Shown piece after piece: positions 10,206 through 19,589 of a DNA stretch of 64,000 bases. A program made the position numbers and the translations under genes. The notes under the pieces were generated by a model that saw nothing but the letters and a program-made list of their open reading frames with translations, had not been told where the DNA came from and did not search any database. The stretch is from positions 12,589 through 76,588 of the forward strand of contig JAUQVK010000086.1 of the NCBI GenBank assembly GCA_039794845.1, given 5' to 3'. The DNA comes from Thermostichus sp. DRC_bins_24. Lineage in GTDB: Bacteria > Cyanobacteriota > Cyanobacteriia > Thermostichales > Thermostichaceae. Every line of letters starts with the position of its first letter. Positions within the stretch are counted from its first letter, which is position 1.

Positions 10206-10872
10206 GCCGAAAGCCAAGCGGGGTAGGAATCTCCGAAGCCTGTTGCGCCAGCGTTCAGGAGATGGGGATCCCTTCGCTCAACAGGGCCCGGCCCAGAGAG
10301 CCGGATCCCGGCGGTGGTGTTGGTTGGGGTTATCCGTAGCCACTGTTTTGGGCTTGTGGAGTCTTCCTGCCCTTAGCCAAGGGAAAGGGGAACGCTGTTT
10401 GGCCGACCCCCAAGCCTGGGCGGAAGCGCTGACCGAACAGTTGCCCTTGTTCCTCAATCTGGCCTTGAGTCGCGCCCGCTCTGACTTTCAGGTGGTGCTG
10501 GTGGGCGAACCTGAGGTTGAGCCCGTCACTTTACAAGAGGTTTTGCCCGGTATCGCCGCTGGGTCCTCCTTACAAGCCTTTCGCCTGTATTTCACCACCC
10601 TCGAACGTCGCCTGATCTTGGCCAGCGAACCGGAAAACAACTCCAACCCCTTGGCCGGGCGCCGCAGCGAAAGCATCCAACTGGCCTATGAGGCTTATGT
10701 GCTGCGGCTCTCCCCTCGGGATCCCTGGCAACTGGTGCGTCTACAGGTAACGGGGCTTGGCGTTGCCATCCGTGATGTTACGGATGGAATCACTGCCCAA
10801 GCAATCCGAAGCTGGCAGCAGTCTGGGTGCCCCTTGACGGGCGATCTAGAGTTGACTAAGCCAACCTTCTGA
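10189..10872 (+). CDS. Hypothetical exported protein
   Basis: Long ORF with a signal-like hydrophobic segment; start uncertain. Confidence 0.55.
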   Translation: MPLPCEPKAKRGRNLRSLLRQRSGDGDPFAQQGPAQRAGSRRWCWLGLSVATVLGLWSLPALSQGKGERCLADPQAWAEALTEQLPLFLNLALSRARSDFQVVLVGEPEVEPVTLQEVLPGIAAGSSLQAFRLYFTTLERRLILASEPENNSNPLAGRRSESIQLAYEAYVLRLSPRDPWQLVRLQVTGLGVAIRDVTDGITAQAIRSWQQSGCPLTGDLELTKPTF

Positions 10873-10919
10873 GCAGGAGATTCTCTTAAGTTATTCTTAT
10901 AAGTTAATTAAGTTATTCT

Positions 10920-11109
10920 CACAGCCCTTGCGCGGGTCTTCCAGGAGAGGGCTTGTGCTTCCTGCTCCCGCTTTCGCAGGGCCCGCAGGGCTGGCCCTCC
11001 AGAGAGTGGATCTCAAGCGTAGATCTCAACTTCCATATTTGTTCCCTATGACTGGCGGTGCCCTATGGTGGACAAACGCACCGGTGTGCCCTAGGTGTAG
11101 AAGGCTGTA
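10920..11109 (+). mobile_element. MITE family A, copy 2
   Basis: ACAGCCCTTGCGCGGG...GAAGGCTGTA in an AT-rich intergenic tract; contains an internal GATCTCAA duplication. Confidence 0.8.
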
Positions 11110-11271
11110 AGTTACTAAATTAAACTGTTAAATTTCAAATTATTAGATTGGATTAAATTAGGAATGAGACGGCTCTTTAGGCAGCCAATGCCCTCTGGGA
11201 GGGCACTTTACCTCACTGTTGATCAGCTCGTCTTCTGCCGTAGGGACCACGCTCACGCTAAGGTTTAGGGC

Positions 11272-12384
11272 ATGAAATTTCCCCCTGCCACTCCTCGCAA
11301 TCCTCTGGGCAAGCGGGTGCCTCATCGCGTCGGCAGGCCGGAAGCCTGTGGCTCATCCTCCCACCTAAGCCTGTTCGGTGCTGGCAAACGGCGACGCCAG
11401 CGACTGGCCTATCTCAGCTGTGTGGGCCACTGGCTGCTTTGGGGGGGGATAGGCTTACTGTTGGGACAACGACTCCGCTCAATGGGCCAACCGGCTCATC
11501 TGCAGTGGTGGCGGGTTGTGCCGGTGCTCGGGTCGGAGGGATCCCTGGCCTCCACCCAGCCGGAGTTGCCTTTGTACCAATCGATTGTGGGTGGCCTGCT
11601 GCCTTGGCTGACTCAGGGAACCGGGATCCCGGCTGAAGGGGTGCTGCGTGTTCTTTCGGTCTTGGCGTGTTTGGCGGTTCTGCTCTTGTGCTGGAGTTGG
11701 GGCAACTTTTGGAGTGCCGGACTGTGGGGGCTTAGCCCCTGGGTATTGACCCAAGGGTTAGAGCCGGGCAGCGAGATGTTGGGCAGTTTGGTTTTCCTGT
11801 GCAGTTGCGGTGTTGGTTTGGGATCCTCTCTGCGCTGGGGGGGCTTAGCCCTGGCCTGTGCTCTCACCCCGAAGGTTTGGCCCTTGGCGTTGCTCTGGGT
11901 GGGTCTGTGGATAAGCCAGCATTGGCCAAGGCAGCGGCTGCGGGGACCACTTTTGCTGGTGGTGGTGATGGGTCTTTCTTGGCTGTGGCGGACTGACCTG
12001 CTTACGGGGGCTGCTTCTGCTACCTTGTCTTGGCATCATCGTCTGAGTTACCAAAGTGGGCTGGCGATTTTAGCGACTTTGATGCTGCCTTTGGGGTTGA
12101 CCTTGGTGCGACTGGGTTGGCCCTGGACGGAGCGCCAACAAGCCCTGATCAGCTTGGCCAGTGTGGGCCATGTTCTCTGGATGGGGATCCTGGCGCTGCT
12201 GGTTTGGGGGCCTCAGGTCAATGGCTTACAACAGAGCGCCCGCTGGGGGTTGGTGGTGCTGCCCCTTCTGTGCCTAAGTGCCGGCGGGGTTCTGGCGGAG
12301 ATCCCTTATCCGACTTGGCGACGGGTCATGGGATCCCTGCTGTTGAGCAGTTCTTTCCTGTTATCGTGGCAAGCATTGGCTTAA
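11272..12384 (+). CDS. Multi-pass membrane protein, possibly a divergent GT-C (ArnT/PMT-like) fold
   Basis: Many hydrophobic helices; PLY...LRVLSVLA...SPW..K pattern; start uncertain. Confidence 0.5.
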   Translation: MKFPPATPRNPLGKRVPHRVGRPEACGSSSHLSLFGAGKRRRQRLAYLSCVGHWLLWGGIGLLLGQRLRSMGQPAHLQWWRVVPVLGSEGSLASTQPELPLYQSIVGGLLPWLTQGTGIPAEGVLRVLSVLACLAVLLLCWSWGNFWSAGLWGLSPWVLTQGLEPGSEMLGSLVFLCSCGVGLGSSLRWGGLALACALTPKVWPLALLWVGLWISQHWPRQRLRGPLLLVVVMGLSWLWRTDLLTGAASATLSWHHRLSYQSGLAILATLMLPLGLTLVRLGWPWTERQQALISLASVGHVLWMGILALLVWGPQVNGLQQSARWGLVVLPLLCLSAGGVLAEIPYPTWRRVMGSLLLSSSFLLSWQALA

Positions 12385-12411
12385 GCGAATCTGTTTCTCC
12401 TCTTGCCTCCC

Positions 12412-13620
12412 ATGACCCAAACCTCAACGCGGCCCCAGTTGCAGAGCCTTTTTGCCGAACGGGCTCAAGCTTTGATCCCACCTCCTTTTGGCGCCGAGAT
12501 TCCCGGCGCGGTGCCGGTGGTCACCAGTTTTGCCTTTGGGCTGGCGGATCCGCGGCTGTTTCCCAAGGCCGATCTGGCCCGGGCAACGGCAGAGGTGCTG
12601 GCAGAGGATGGGGATGATGCCCTCAACTACGGCGGTACCTTTGGCGGGCTGATCGACTTGGTGCTGCAGTTGATGCAGGCTAGAGGAGTAGAAGCCCAGG
12701 CGGAAAACCTGTTGATCAGCTATGGCTCTGGACAAATCCTCGGCCTATTGCCCCAAGTCTTTGTAGAAGCGGGGGATGTGGTGATTGTGGAGGGGCCCAC
12801 CTTCATGGGGGCCGTCAGCCGGTTTGCCGCCGCCGGAGCGCGCCTGATCTCGATCCCGGTAGATGGGGAGGGCATGGTGGTGGATCACCTGGAACAAGTG
12901 CTGCGAGATTTGGCCCGCCAAGGGATCCGACCTCGGTTTGTTTACACGATTCCCACCTTCCAAAACCCGAAAGGCTCGACCCTTTCCTTGCCGCGACGCC
13001 AGAAGCTGGTGCAGTTGGCGGCTCAGTACGGCGTGGTGGTGGTGGAGGATGATGCCTACTCCGATCTGCGCTTCCGGGGGGATCCCTTGCCCACATTGGC
13101 CTCCATGGATCGAGAAGGCTGGGTTCTCTACGTGGGAACCTTCTCCAAAATTGTCGTGCCGGGGGTGCGGGTGGGCTGGGCCTGTGGTCATCCCGAGATC
13201 ATTCGCCGGCTGGATATGTTTCGCAGCGAGGGATCCCTGGGGCCTTTTCTGGGTCGGGTTGTGGCTCGCTATTGTGCCGAGGGCCGCTTACAAAGCCACA
13301 TTCAGGTGTTGATCCGGAAGTACCGCCAAAAGTGCCAGTTGATGTTGGACACCATCGCCCAATCTTTTCCCCAAGAGGTGCGGGTAGAGGCCCCTGGGGG
13401 TGGTTTTTTCGTCTGGTGTGAGCTGCCCCCTTCCCTGCAGGCAAGCACTTTGTTGCAAGCCACCCGTGAGTTGGGGGTGACCTTTTTGCCCGGCACCCGT
13501 TGCTTTGCCGATGGCCAAGGTGACCATGCCCTGCGCCTTGCCTTTAGCTATCAGCCGGAAGAGCGCATTGTCACCGGGATCCAGACCATCGGGGAACAGA
13601 TGCACACCCTGCTGAGCTAG
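12412..13620 (+). CDS. PLP-dependent class I aminotransferase (LysN / MocR catalytic-domain type)
   Basis: VEGPTF, YTIPTFQNPKG, VEDDAY, GTFSK..PGVRVGW, LRLAFS. Confidence 0.9.
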   Translation: MTQTSTRPQLQSLFAERAQALIPPPFGAEIPGAVPVVTSFAFGLADPRLFPKADLARATAEVLAEDGDDALNYGGTFGGLIDLVLQLMQARGVEAQAENLLISYGSGQILGLLPQVFVEAGDVVIVEGPTFMGAVSRFAAAGARLISIPVDGEGMVVDHLEQVLRDLARQGIRPRFVYTIPTFQNPKGSTLSLPRRQKLVQLAAQYGVVVVEDDAYSDLRFRGDPLPTLASMDREGWVLYVGTFSKIVVPGVRVGWACGHPEIIRRLDMFRSEGSLGPFLGRVVARYCAEGRLQSHIQVLIRKYRQKCQLMLDTIAQSFPQEVRVEAPGGGFFVWCELPPSLQASTLLQATRELGVTFLPGTRCFADGQGDHALRLAFSYQPEERIVTGIQTIGEQMHTLLS

Positions 13621-13650
13621 GGGATCCTGTTCACTGTTCAATTTCACTGT

Positions 13651-14013
13651 TCAACGACTCCCTTGGGCTCGAAGCACTCCCAAGAGCCAATTGGCGGCAG
13701 TGGCGCGGCGAGTTTTTTGTGGGGTTAGTTCTTTAACTTTGTAGCCCTGAAAGCCTAACACTTCCTTGAGCAGCTGCTTGTTTTCCGGAGCAATTGAGCG
13801 AGTTAGTTTTACGCTATCGGGGCGGTTCTCAATAAAATGCGGGATCCCTTCCCCCTGCCAGGTGGGGTCTGCTCCCGAGGGATCCCAGGTTTGGCTGTCC
13901 TCGTCGTAGCGAAAGCCAAGGGATTGCAACACCAAGGCATTGACAGTGTCGTCGGAAAGTTCGTTGTTGAGAATGGCCTGGAGGGTTTCTTGGTTCAGAG
14001 GGGGGATGTTCAT
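13651..14013 (-). CDS. Conserved cyanobacterial protein (DUF1823-like)
   Basis: LGFRYD...RPDSVKLTRSI..ENKQLLKEVLGFQGYKV.ELTP.KTRRATAANWLL. Confidence 0.75.
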   Translation of the reverse strand: MNIPPLNQETLQAILNNELSDDTVNALVLQSLGFRYDEDSQTWDPSGADPTWQGEGIPHFIENRPDSVKLTRSIAPENKQLLKEVLGFQGYKVKELTPQKTRRATAANWLLGVLRAQGSR

Positions 14014-14051
14014 ATCTGCTGGGCACAACACGGGAAAAGGCCGTACCAACC

Positions 14052-14777
14052 TCAAGGTAAACCGGTTTGCAAGGGCAGCTGAGCCGCCGCGGGCGCATCC
14101 AGCAACCACAGCAACCGCCCCTGGGGTTTTATGTCCTGACAGGGCAAATGGGCCTCTGTGGTCAGTGCTTCTTTGACAATGGCTGCCTTATTGGCCCCGG
14201 TTACCAAAAACACCCCCTGCACCGCCCCGTTCAAAATGGGGTAGGTCAAGGTCAACCGGGGAGCCCCATCCTTTTGCCCGACGGTTACCCAGCAATCCTG
14301 CACTGCAAGAGCGGCTGTGCCTGGAAACAAGGAAGCGGTGTGGCCATCCTCCCCGATCCCGAGCAACACCAAGTCCAACTGAGGCCACTCTTCACCAAAG
14401 ACCTGCCTGAGGGTAGCTTCATACTGAGCCGCATCCTGGCTGGGATCCCCTGCTTGGGTGGGCATCGGGAAAACCTGGGCTGCCGGGATCCCGACTTGAG
14501 CCAACATCGCCTCATACACCATGCGGTAATTGCTATCCGGATGGTCGGGAGGAACATAGCGTTCATCGCCCCAAAACAGCCAAGTTTGCTGCCAAGGGAT
14601 CCCTGGGGTTTTGGCCAGGGCGGCATAGAGCTGTTTCGGGGTGCTCCCACCTGCCAGGGCAACCGTGAACCGGCCACGTGCTTGAATGGCTGCTGCCGCG
14701 CTCCGTTGCCAAATCTGGATGGCTCGCTCGATCAGCGCGGATCCTTCAGCGAAGATCTCCAGTTGAAACCCCTGCAT
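14052..14777 (-). CDS. pgl: 6-phosphogluconolactonase
   Basis: ALAGGSTP, FWGDERYVP.DHPDSN, LLGIGEDGHTASLFP. Confidence 0.95.
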   Translation of the reverse strand: MQGFQLEIFAEGSALIERAIQIWQRSAAAAIQARGRFTVALAGGSTPKQLYAALAKTPGIPWQQTWLFWGDERYVPPDHPDSNYRMVYEAMLAQVGIPAAQVFPMPTQAGDPSQDAAQYEATLRQVFGEEWPQLDLVLLGIGEDGHTASLFPGTAALAVQDCWVTVGQKDGAPRLTLTYPILNGAVQGVFLVTGANKAAIVKEALTTEAHLPCQDIKPQGRLLWLLDAPAAAQLPLQTGLP

Positions 14778-14882
14778 GAGCAACCCCCTCGCACCAATGC
14801 CCGGTTAACCCACATACCCGCACCACTGTACCCGCAAAAGGGATCCGGTGAAGAGAGGGAACGAGTTCAGGAGGGGCGAGAA

Positions 14883-15890
14883 TCAGGAAGCTACCGCCAG
14901 TTCTTTCGCCTCTGCCCGAATCTGCTCATAAACCGAGCGCAGCTTCAGGCCCACCAGAACTTGAATCAAACCCGAGCCATTGCGGGAGCCGGGATATTCC
15001 GGGTGCTTGCGCAGCAACTCCGTTAGCTCGCCGTAGTAGTGGGTAGACAGGTTGCTCAAATGGTTCTCGATGTAGACCACTTCCTCTAGTTTGTCGAAGG
15101 TGCCGTCAATTTCCAGAATCGAAACGGGGTGGTCGAAGTAGGTTGAGGGGCCGTAGTGTAAGCGAATGCCGGGGTAAGAGCAGGTCAGCTTCTTACCGCA
15201 AGGGATCCAATCAATGGTGGAGCCTTCGTCGAATAGATAGACATGATCGAAGTACTTCACCCCTTCCCGCTGCACCAGCCGCACCCGCAGCACCTTGTGT
15301 TCTTGATCCAACTGGGGCAACAGCTTGGTCGGCAACACCTCGATCACCGCATCGGCATACTGCTTCTGCACATCGATGTAGGCCTCAAAATCGGGGCGGC
15401 GGGCCTCAATCGAGCGCAACACATCCTCGTAGGTGTGGCCCCGTTCCGCCATATCCCGTTGCACCTTCCAGGCCACCTTGATCTCAGGGGCCAGATCCAA
15501 ATACACCTTGAAATCCAGCAGCTCCCGCACCCGCTCGTCGTACAGGGGATGTAAACCCTCCAGCACGATGATGCGATTGGGCTCCACCCGCTCCGGCGGG
15601 TCGATCAGGCCGGTCTCGTGGTTGTAAATGGGCTTCATCACGCTCTGGCCATTTTTCAGGGCCTTGGCCTGCTCGTACATGAGGTCGAAGTTGTTGGCGC
15701 GGGGATCCAGTGCCGTAATGCCCTTCTCTTTGCGCTGATAGCGATCCAAGGAGTGATAGTCATCCAGACAAATGGTTGTGATCAGATCCCGGCCAAACAG
15801 ATCCCCCAGCCGACGCAAAAACGTGGATTTGCCGCAGCCAGAATCTCCAGCGACACCAATCATCACAACGCGATCAGGACTGCTTGCCAT
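14883..15890 (-). CDS. prk: Phosphoribulokinase
   Basis: IGVAGDSGCGKSTF, LDDYHSLDR, KPIYNHETG. True start at ATG 15890; the longer ORF-track extension overlaps petH. Confidence 0.95.
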   Translation of the reverse strand: MASSPDRVVMIGVAGDSGCGKSTFLRRLGDLFGRDLITTICLDDYHSLDRYQRKEKGITALDPRANNFDLMYEQAKALKNGQSVMKPIYNHETGLIDPPERVEPNRIIVLEGLHPLYDERVRELLDFKVYLDLAPEIKVAWKVQRDMAERGHTYEDVLRSIEARRPDFEAYIDVQKQYADAVIEVLPTKLLPQLDQEHKVLRVRLVQREGVKYFDHVYLFDEGSTIDWIPCGKKLTCSYPGIRLHYGPSTYFDHPVSILEIDGTFDKLEEVVYIENHLSNLSTHYYGELTELLRKHPEYPGSRNGSGLIQVLVGLKLRSVYEQIRAEAKELAVAS

Positions 15891-15941
15891 GAGAACTCCT
15901 TGGGGGTGGGCAGGGCAAAAATGAGAAAAAACCTCTAGAGG

Positions 15942-15959
15942 GTTACGGATTGTTACAGT
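15942..15959. promoter_or_regulatory. HLR1 (RpaB)-like direct repeat in the prk-petH divergent promoter
   Basis: GTTACGGA-tt-GTTACAGT, 10-bp periodicity, imperfect match. Confidence 0.3.
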
Positions 15960-16229
15960 TTTGCATAGTATCAAATAGAGCCGTCGCATCACAACCCACT
16001 TGGGGGCCGGAGATGCCGACGTTCCACCCATCAATTTAACAAAAAATGCATATTTTCTGCGGACGGATGTGGTTGAAATCACTTTTTTCGAGGTTGGCTC
16101 TCTCAGAATCGCGCTGCAGGGGCTGTCAAACGCCGTCTGCTTCGCCCCTAGCGAGAGCGGTTGGGGCGGGTAGGCTGCTAAGGTGTTTGCTATGGAATTT
16201 CTTCCCAGTGCCAGGAGAAAATCGCAGTT

Positions 16230-17120
16230 ATGGTTGCTAGCGCAGAAAAGCAAGAGGTTGTCGTCAATCTGTATCGTCCCAATGCGCCCCTGATCGGCCA
16301 ATGTGTGGAGACCTACTCCATCGTGGGCGAAGGGGCACCCGGCTTGACCAAACATATCGTGCTGAGCTTGCCGGATCCGAACTACAAGTACCTGGAAGGA
16401 CAAAGCGTTGGCATTATCCCTCCTGGCGAAGACGCCAAAGGTAAGCCCCACAAGCCTCGCCTTTATTCCATTGCCTCCACCCGCTTCGGGGATGATGGGG
16501 AAGGGCGTACGGTGTCTCTGAGCGTGAAGCGAGCCGAACACGTGGATAAAGATACCGGTGAACCCGGAGTTGGCGTCTGCTCCGGCTTCCTCACCGATCT
16601 GAAAGCCGGTGACGAGGTGATGATCACCGGGCCTGCGGGTAAAACCTTCCTGCTGCCGGAAGATGAGAACGCCAACCTGATCCTGATCGCCACCGGTACG
16701 GGTATTGCCCCTTTCCGCGCCTTCATCAAGCACCTGTTTGAGGAGGATCCCAACTATAAGGGCAGCATTTGGCTATTCTTTGGAGTACCCACCAGCTCCA
16801 CCCTGCTCTACCAAGGAGATCTAGAGGCTTGGAAAGTTCAGTACGGGGATCGCTTCCGAGTAGACTACGCCATCAGCCGCGAACAACAAACCGCCGATGG
16901 CAAGAAAATGTACGTGCAGAACCGTATGGCTGAGTATGGCTCCGAGTTGTGGGACATGCTCCAGAAGCCCAATACCTACACCTACATCTGCGGCCTTAAA
17001 GGCATGGAGGATGGCATCAATGCCTTCATGGGCCCCCTGGCAGAACAAGCGGGTCAGGACTGGAGCAAGTTCCAGAAAGAGCTGAAGAAAGCCGACAAAT
17101 GGCACGAGGAAACCTACTGA
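16230..17120 (+). CDS. petH: Ferredoxin-NADP+ reductase, short form without CpcD domain
   Basis: RLYSIAS, GVCS, ATGTGIAPFR, CGLKGM, C-terminal ETY; AGGAG RBS; in-frame TAA at 16179-16181. Confidence 0.95.
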   Translation: MVASAEKQEVVVNLYRPNAPLIGQCVETYSIVGEGAPGLTKHIVLSLPDPNYKYLEGQSVGIIPPGEDAKGKPHKPRLYSIASTRFGDDGEGRTVSLSVKRAEHVDKDTGEPGVGVCSGFLTDLKAGDEVMITGPAGKTFLLPEDENANLILIATGTGIAPFRAFIKHLFEEDPNYKGSIWLFFGVPTSSTLLYQGDLEAWKVQYGDRFRVDYAISREQQTADGKKMYVQNRMAEYGSELWDMLQKPNTYTYICGLKGMEDGINAFMGPLAEQAGQDWSKFQKELKKADKWHEETY

Positions 17121-17146
17121 TTACAGGGATCCTTTCCTTACTTCAT

Positions 17147-17593
17147 TTCGCTGAGGTGATTGTGGTTGAGGACTTAAATCTCAGTGGCCTTAGTCGCGGC
17201 ATGTTGGGTAAGCACCTGCTGGATGCGGGCCATGGGCAATTCCTGAACTCGGTGTTGCCTTGGGTGGGCTTCAAGCGTGGCAAGGCGGTGGTGAAGGAGA
17301 AAGCAGCGGGCACCTCTCAGGAGTGCCCTGATTGCGGTGAAGCAGTACGCAAAACCCTGTCCACACGCTGGCATGAATGCCCCTGTGGCTGTTCCATGCC
17401 TAGAGATATTGCCGGTGCATGGGTGCTGCGAAATCGGTGTACAGGCGGTGGGGCGCACCGTCTTGAAAATGCCCCCGGAGAGGCTCTGGCGGGGATGTTC
17501 TTCGGGATATCCAGTCAAGACAGTCAAGACAGTCAAGACTCTGTGACGGGGAATCTCCGGCTATACGCGTAGCGTTAGCGGGATGAGCGTCAA
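17147..17593 (+). mobile_element. tnpB: 5'-truncated IS200/IS605 element: tnpB C-terminal remnant plus right end
   Basis: VVEDLNL (RuvC-II), TSQECPDCG...HECPCG zinc finger, PRDIAGA (RuvC-III); subterminal hairpin ~17554-17587 followed by TCAA (17590-17593). Left boundary approximate. Confidence 0.85.
17512..17538 (+). repeat. Tandem 9-mer (CAGTCAAGA)x3
   Basis: Read directly from the sequence. Confidence 0.95.
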
Positions 17594-17706
17594 AGAACCA
17601 CAGTGCCAAAGGGCGCAACTCTAACTGGTCTCGAGTACTTGGGAGTGCAGCGGGGGTTTGAGATAAGCTGGCCCTGAGCAACGGTATCGGAACAGGAGTA
17701 GCAGCT

Positions 17707-19413
17707 ATGCGGTGCTCGTGGGCCCTAGCACTAGGCTTGTGTTGGACATTGGGCTGGTCGAGCGTCAGCCCACCGGTTTGGGCACAAGGAGCGGGGCAAG
17801 AAGCATCACTGGCTTGGGTCGATGCTTATGCCGCTGCTCTGGAGCGTCAAACGGATGTGGTGATCACGGGGGAGCCCCTATCGGCAACCCTGACCCGTCT
17901 GGAATTGGCCCAGTGGCTGACGGAGTTTTTCGGCTACATTCCCAACCCCAATCAGGTACAGGTGATTAGCGATCTGGAGCCAAATACCCCCGACTACTGG
18001 ACAGCCCAGGCGGTTCTACAGGCGGGAGCCATGCGCTTGTACGAGGGCGGTCAGTTTCGTCCCCAAGGGGATCTCACTCAACTGGAAGCCCTGGCAATTT
18101 TGGTGCGGGCCTTACAGTTACCCGCTCCTACTCCCGCTGAAATTGACAGTTGGATGGCTCTCTACTCGGATGCTGCAGACGTGCCAGAGGTAGGTCGGGC
18201 TTTTGTCGCCATGGCGGGCCGAGCTGGATTGCTGGTCAATGTGCCGGATCCGGCCCGTTTGAATCCGAACCGTGTCTTGCGGCGCGGGGAAGGGGCCGTA
18301 CTGCTCCATCAAGCTTTGGTATACCGGGGCCAAATTCCAGCCCTGCCCGAACCGGTGGCCCAACTGCGCCCGGCTGAAGCTCCGGCTCCGGTGGCGGCCC
18401 GCCCTGAGATCCTGCAAACCCGCATCACCCCTGAGTCGGGGGTGGTTCCCGCCGGCGGGACGTTGACCATTGAGGCACAGGGAACCCCCAACGGCAGCGC
18501 CACAGTGGACATCGGAGATTTGGTGCGATCTCTTCCCATGCAGGAGGTGCAACCTGGCTACTACCGTGCTGTTTACAGCCTTAGCCCACAAGATAGCGCC
18601 CTCAGCCCTGACATCAGCATCCAGCTGACCGTCAACGGTGTCAGCACCCGCATTCAACAGCGACAACCGCAACTGGCTCTGGGCAATGTCGCTCCACCCC
18701 CGGTTGAGTCAATCTTTTCTCCGCCAACCTCGCCAGCTCCCCAACCCACTTTTCCCTCCGGTCCCTCCATCCCGGCCACTGCCGGCGGTGCCTATCCCCG
18801 TATCGAAGCCATTCGTTTGGATCCCCAGCGCAACTTGGTTGAAGGCGATATTCTCACCATCGCCATCTGGGGAGATTCCGGAGGCATCGCGCAATTTGAT
18901 CTGGGGAACCTGGCCCTGAACCAACCGATGCGAGAGGTGCGCCCCAATCACTACGAAGGCACCTATGTGGTTGCCCCCACTCACCAGGCCAACAATCCTG
19001 TGCTGCGGATCGTGCTCACCAAGAACGGCCTAAGCCAGGAACACCGGGAGATCCTGCCCTTTTCGGTGGATGGATCCCAGGGTACCCGCTCCACCATTCA
19101 GCCGGTATCCACCCCTATTGCGGCCGGCTTGCCCCAGATCTACAGCATTACAACCAATAGCAGCAATTTGCGAATGGGCGAGATTCTCAAGGTGACAATG
19201 CGGGGGGATCAGGGGGGGCGGGCTGCCTTCCGCATTGTTGGTGTGACTCCGGAAATTGAAATGCGAGAAGTTGCCCCCGGCCTTTACGAAACTCAGCAAC
19301 AGCTTCCCTTCAATATGCAACAGGTGAACAATGGCACAATTGAGGTAATTTTGCAGCGGGGCGGCCAGCAGACCCGACAAACTAGCCCCTCGACCATTAG
19401 TATTTCTCCTTAA
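17707..19413 (+). CDS. Secreted S-layer homology (SLH) domain protein with three repeated beta-sandwich modules
   Basis: Signal peptide; LTRLELA, FRPQGDLTQLEA and LNPNRVLRRGE SLH motifs; repeats ending MQEVQPGYY / MREVRPNHY / MREVAPGLY. Confidence 0.8.
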   Translation: MRCSWALALGLCWTLGWSSVSPPVWAQGAGQEASLAWVDAYAAALERQTDVVITGEPLSATLTRLELAQWLTEFFGYIPNPNQVQVISDLEPNTPDYWTAQAVLQAGAMRLYEGGQFRPQGDLTQLEALAILVRALQLPAPTPAEIDSWMALYSDAADVPEVGRAFVAMAGRAGLLVNVPDPARLNPNRVLRRGEGAVLLHQALVYRGQIPALPEPVAQLRPAEAPAPVAARPEILQTRITPESGVVPAGGTLTIEAQGTPNGSATVDIGDLVRSLPMQEVQPGYYRAVYSLSPQDSALSPDISIQLTVNGVSTRIQQRQPQLALGNVAPPPVESIFSPPTSPAPQPTFPSGPSIPATAGGAYPRIEAIRLDPQRNLVEGDILTIAIWGDSGGIAQFDLGNLALNQPMREVRPNHYEGTYVVAPTHQANNPVLRIVLTKNGLSQEHREILPFSVDGSQGTRSTIQPVSTPIAAGLPQIYSITTNSSNLRMGEILKVTMRGDQGGRAAFRIVGVTPEIEMREVAPGLYETQQQLPFNMQQVNNGTIEVILQRGGQQTRQTSPSTISISP

Positions 19414-19542
19414 CAGCCTTTTCTGACTTGGCGAGGAGCCTTACCTTGTGATCCAAACCCAGGTCACCTGAAGCTGCATCCCTGTCCAACAAACAGGGGG
19501 CTTCCGCACCTTGCGTGGCAAAACTGACTTGGACTGGCTGTA
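19413..19542. repeat. Possible degenerate ACAGCC...GGCTGT-ended element
   Basis: Only 6-bp inverted termini; CTGACTTGG occurs twice internally; interior unlike family A. Confidence 0.25.
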
Positions 19543-19589
19543 GCCAATGCTGTAGTCAATGACGCCGGAAAAAGCCGTAGGTAGAGTTC

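Noticed and set aside
15891..16733. 616-aa ORF suggesting a long N-terminal extension of Prk
   Set aside because: The extension is the antisense shadow of petH plus the promoter; Prk homology begins at ATG 15890.
17099..17572. 157-aa ORF as an intact mini-TnpB
   Set aside because: Its start lies inside petH, and it lacks RuvC-I and the N-terminal lobe; treated as a remnant.
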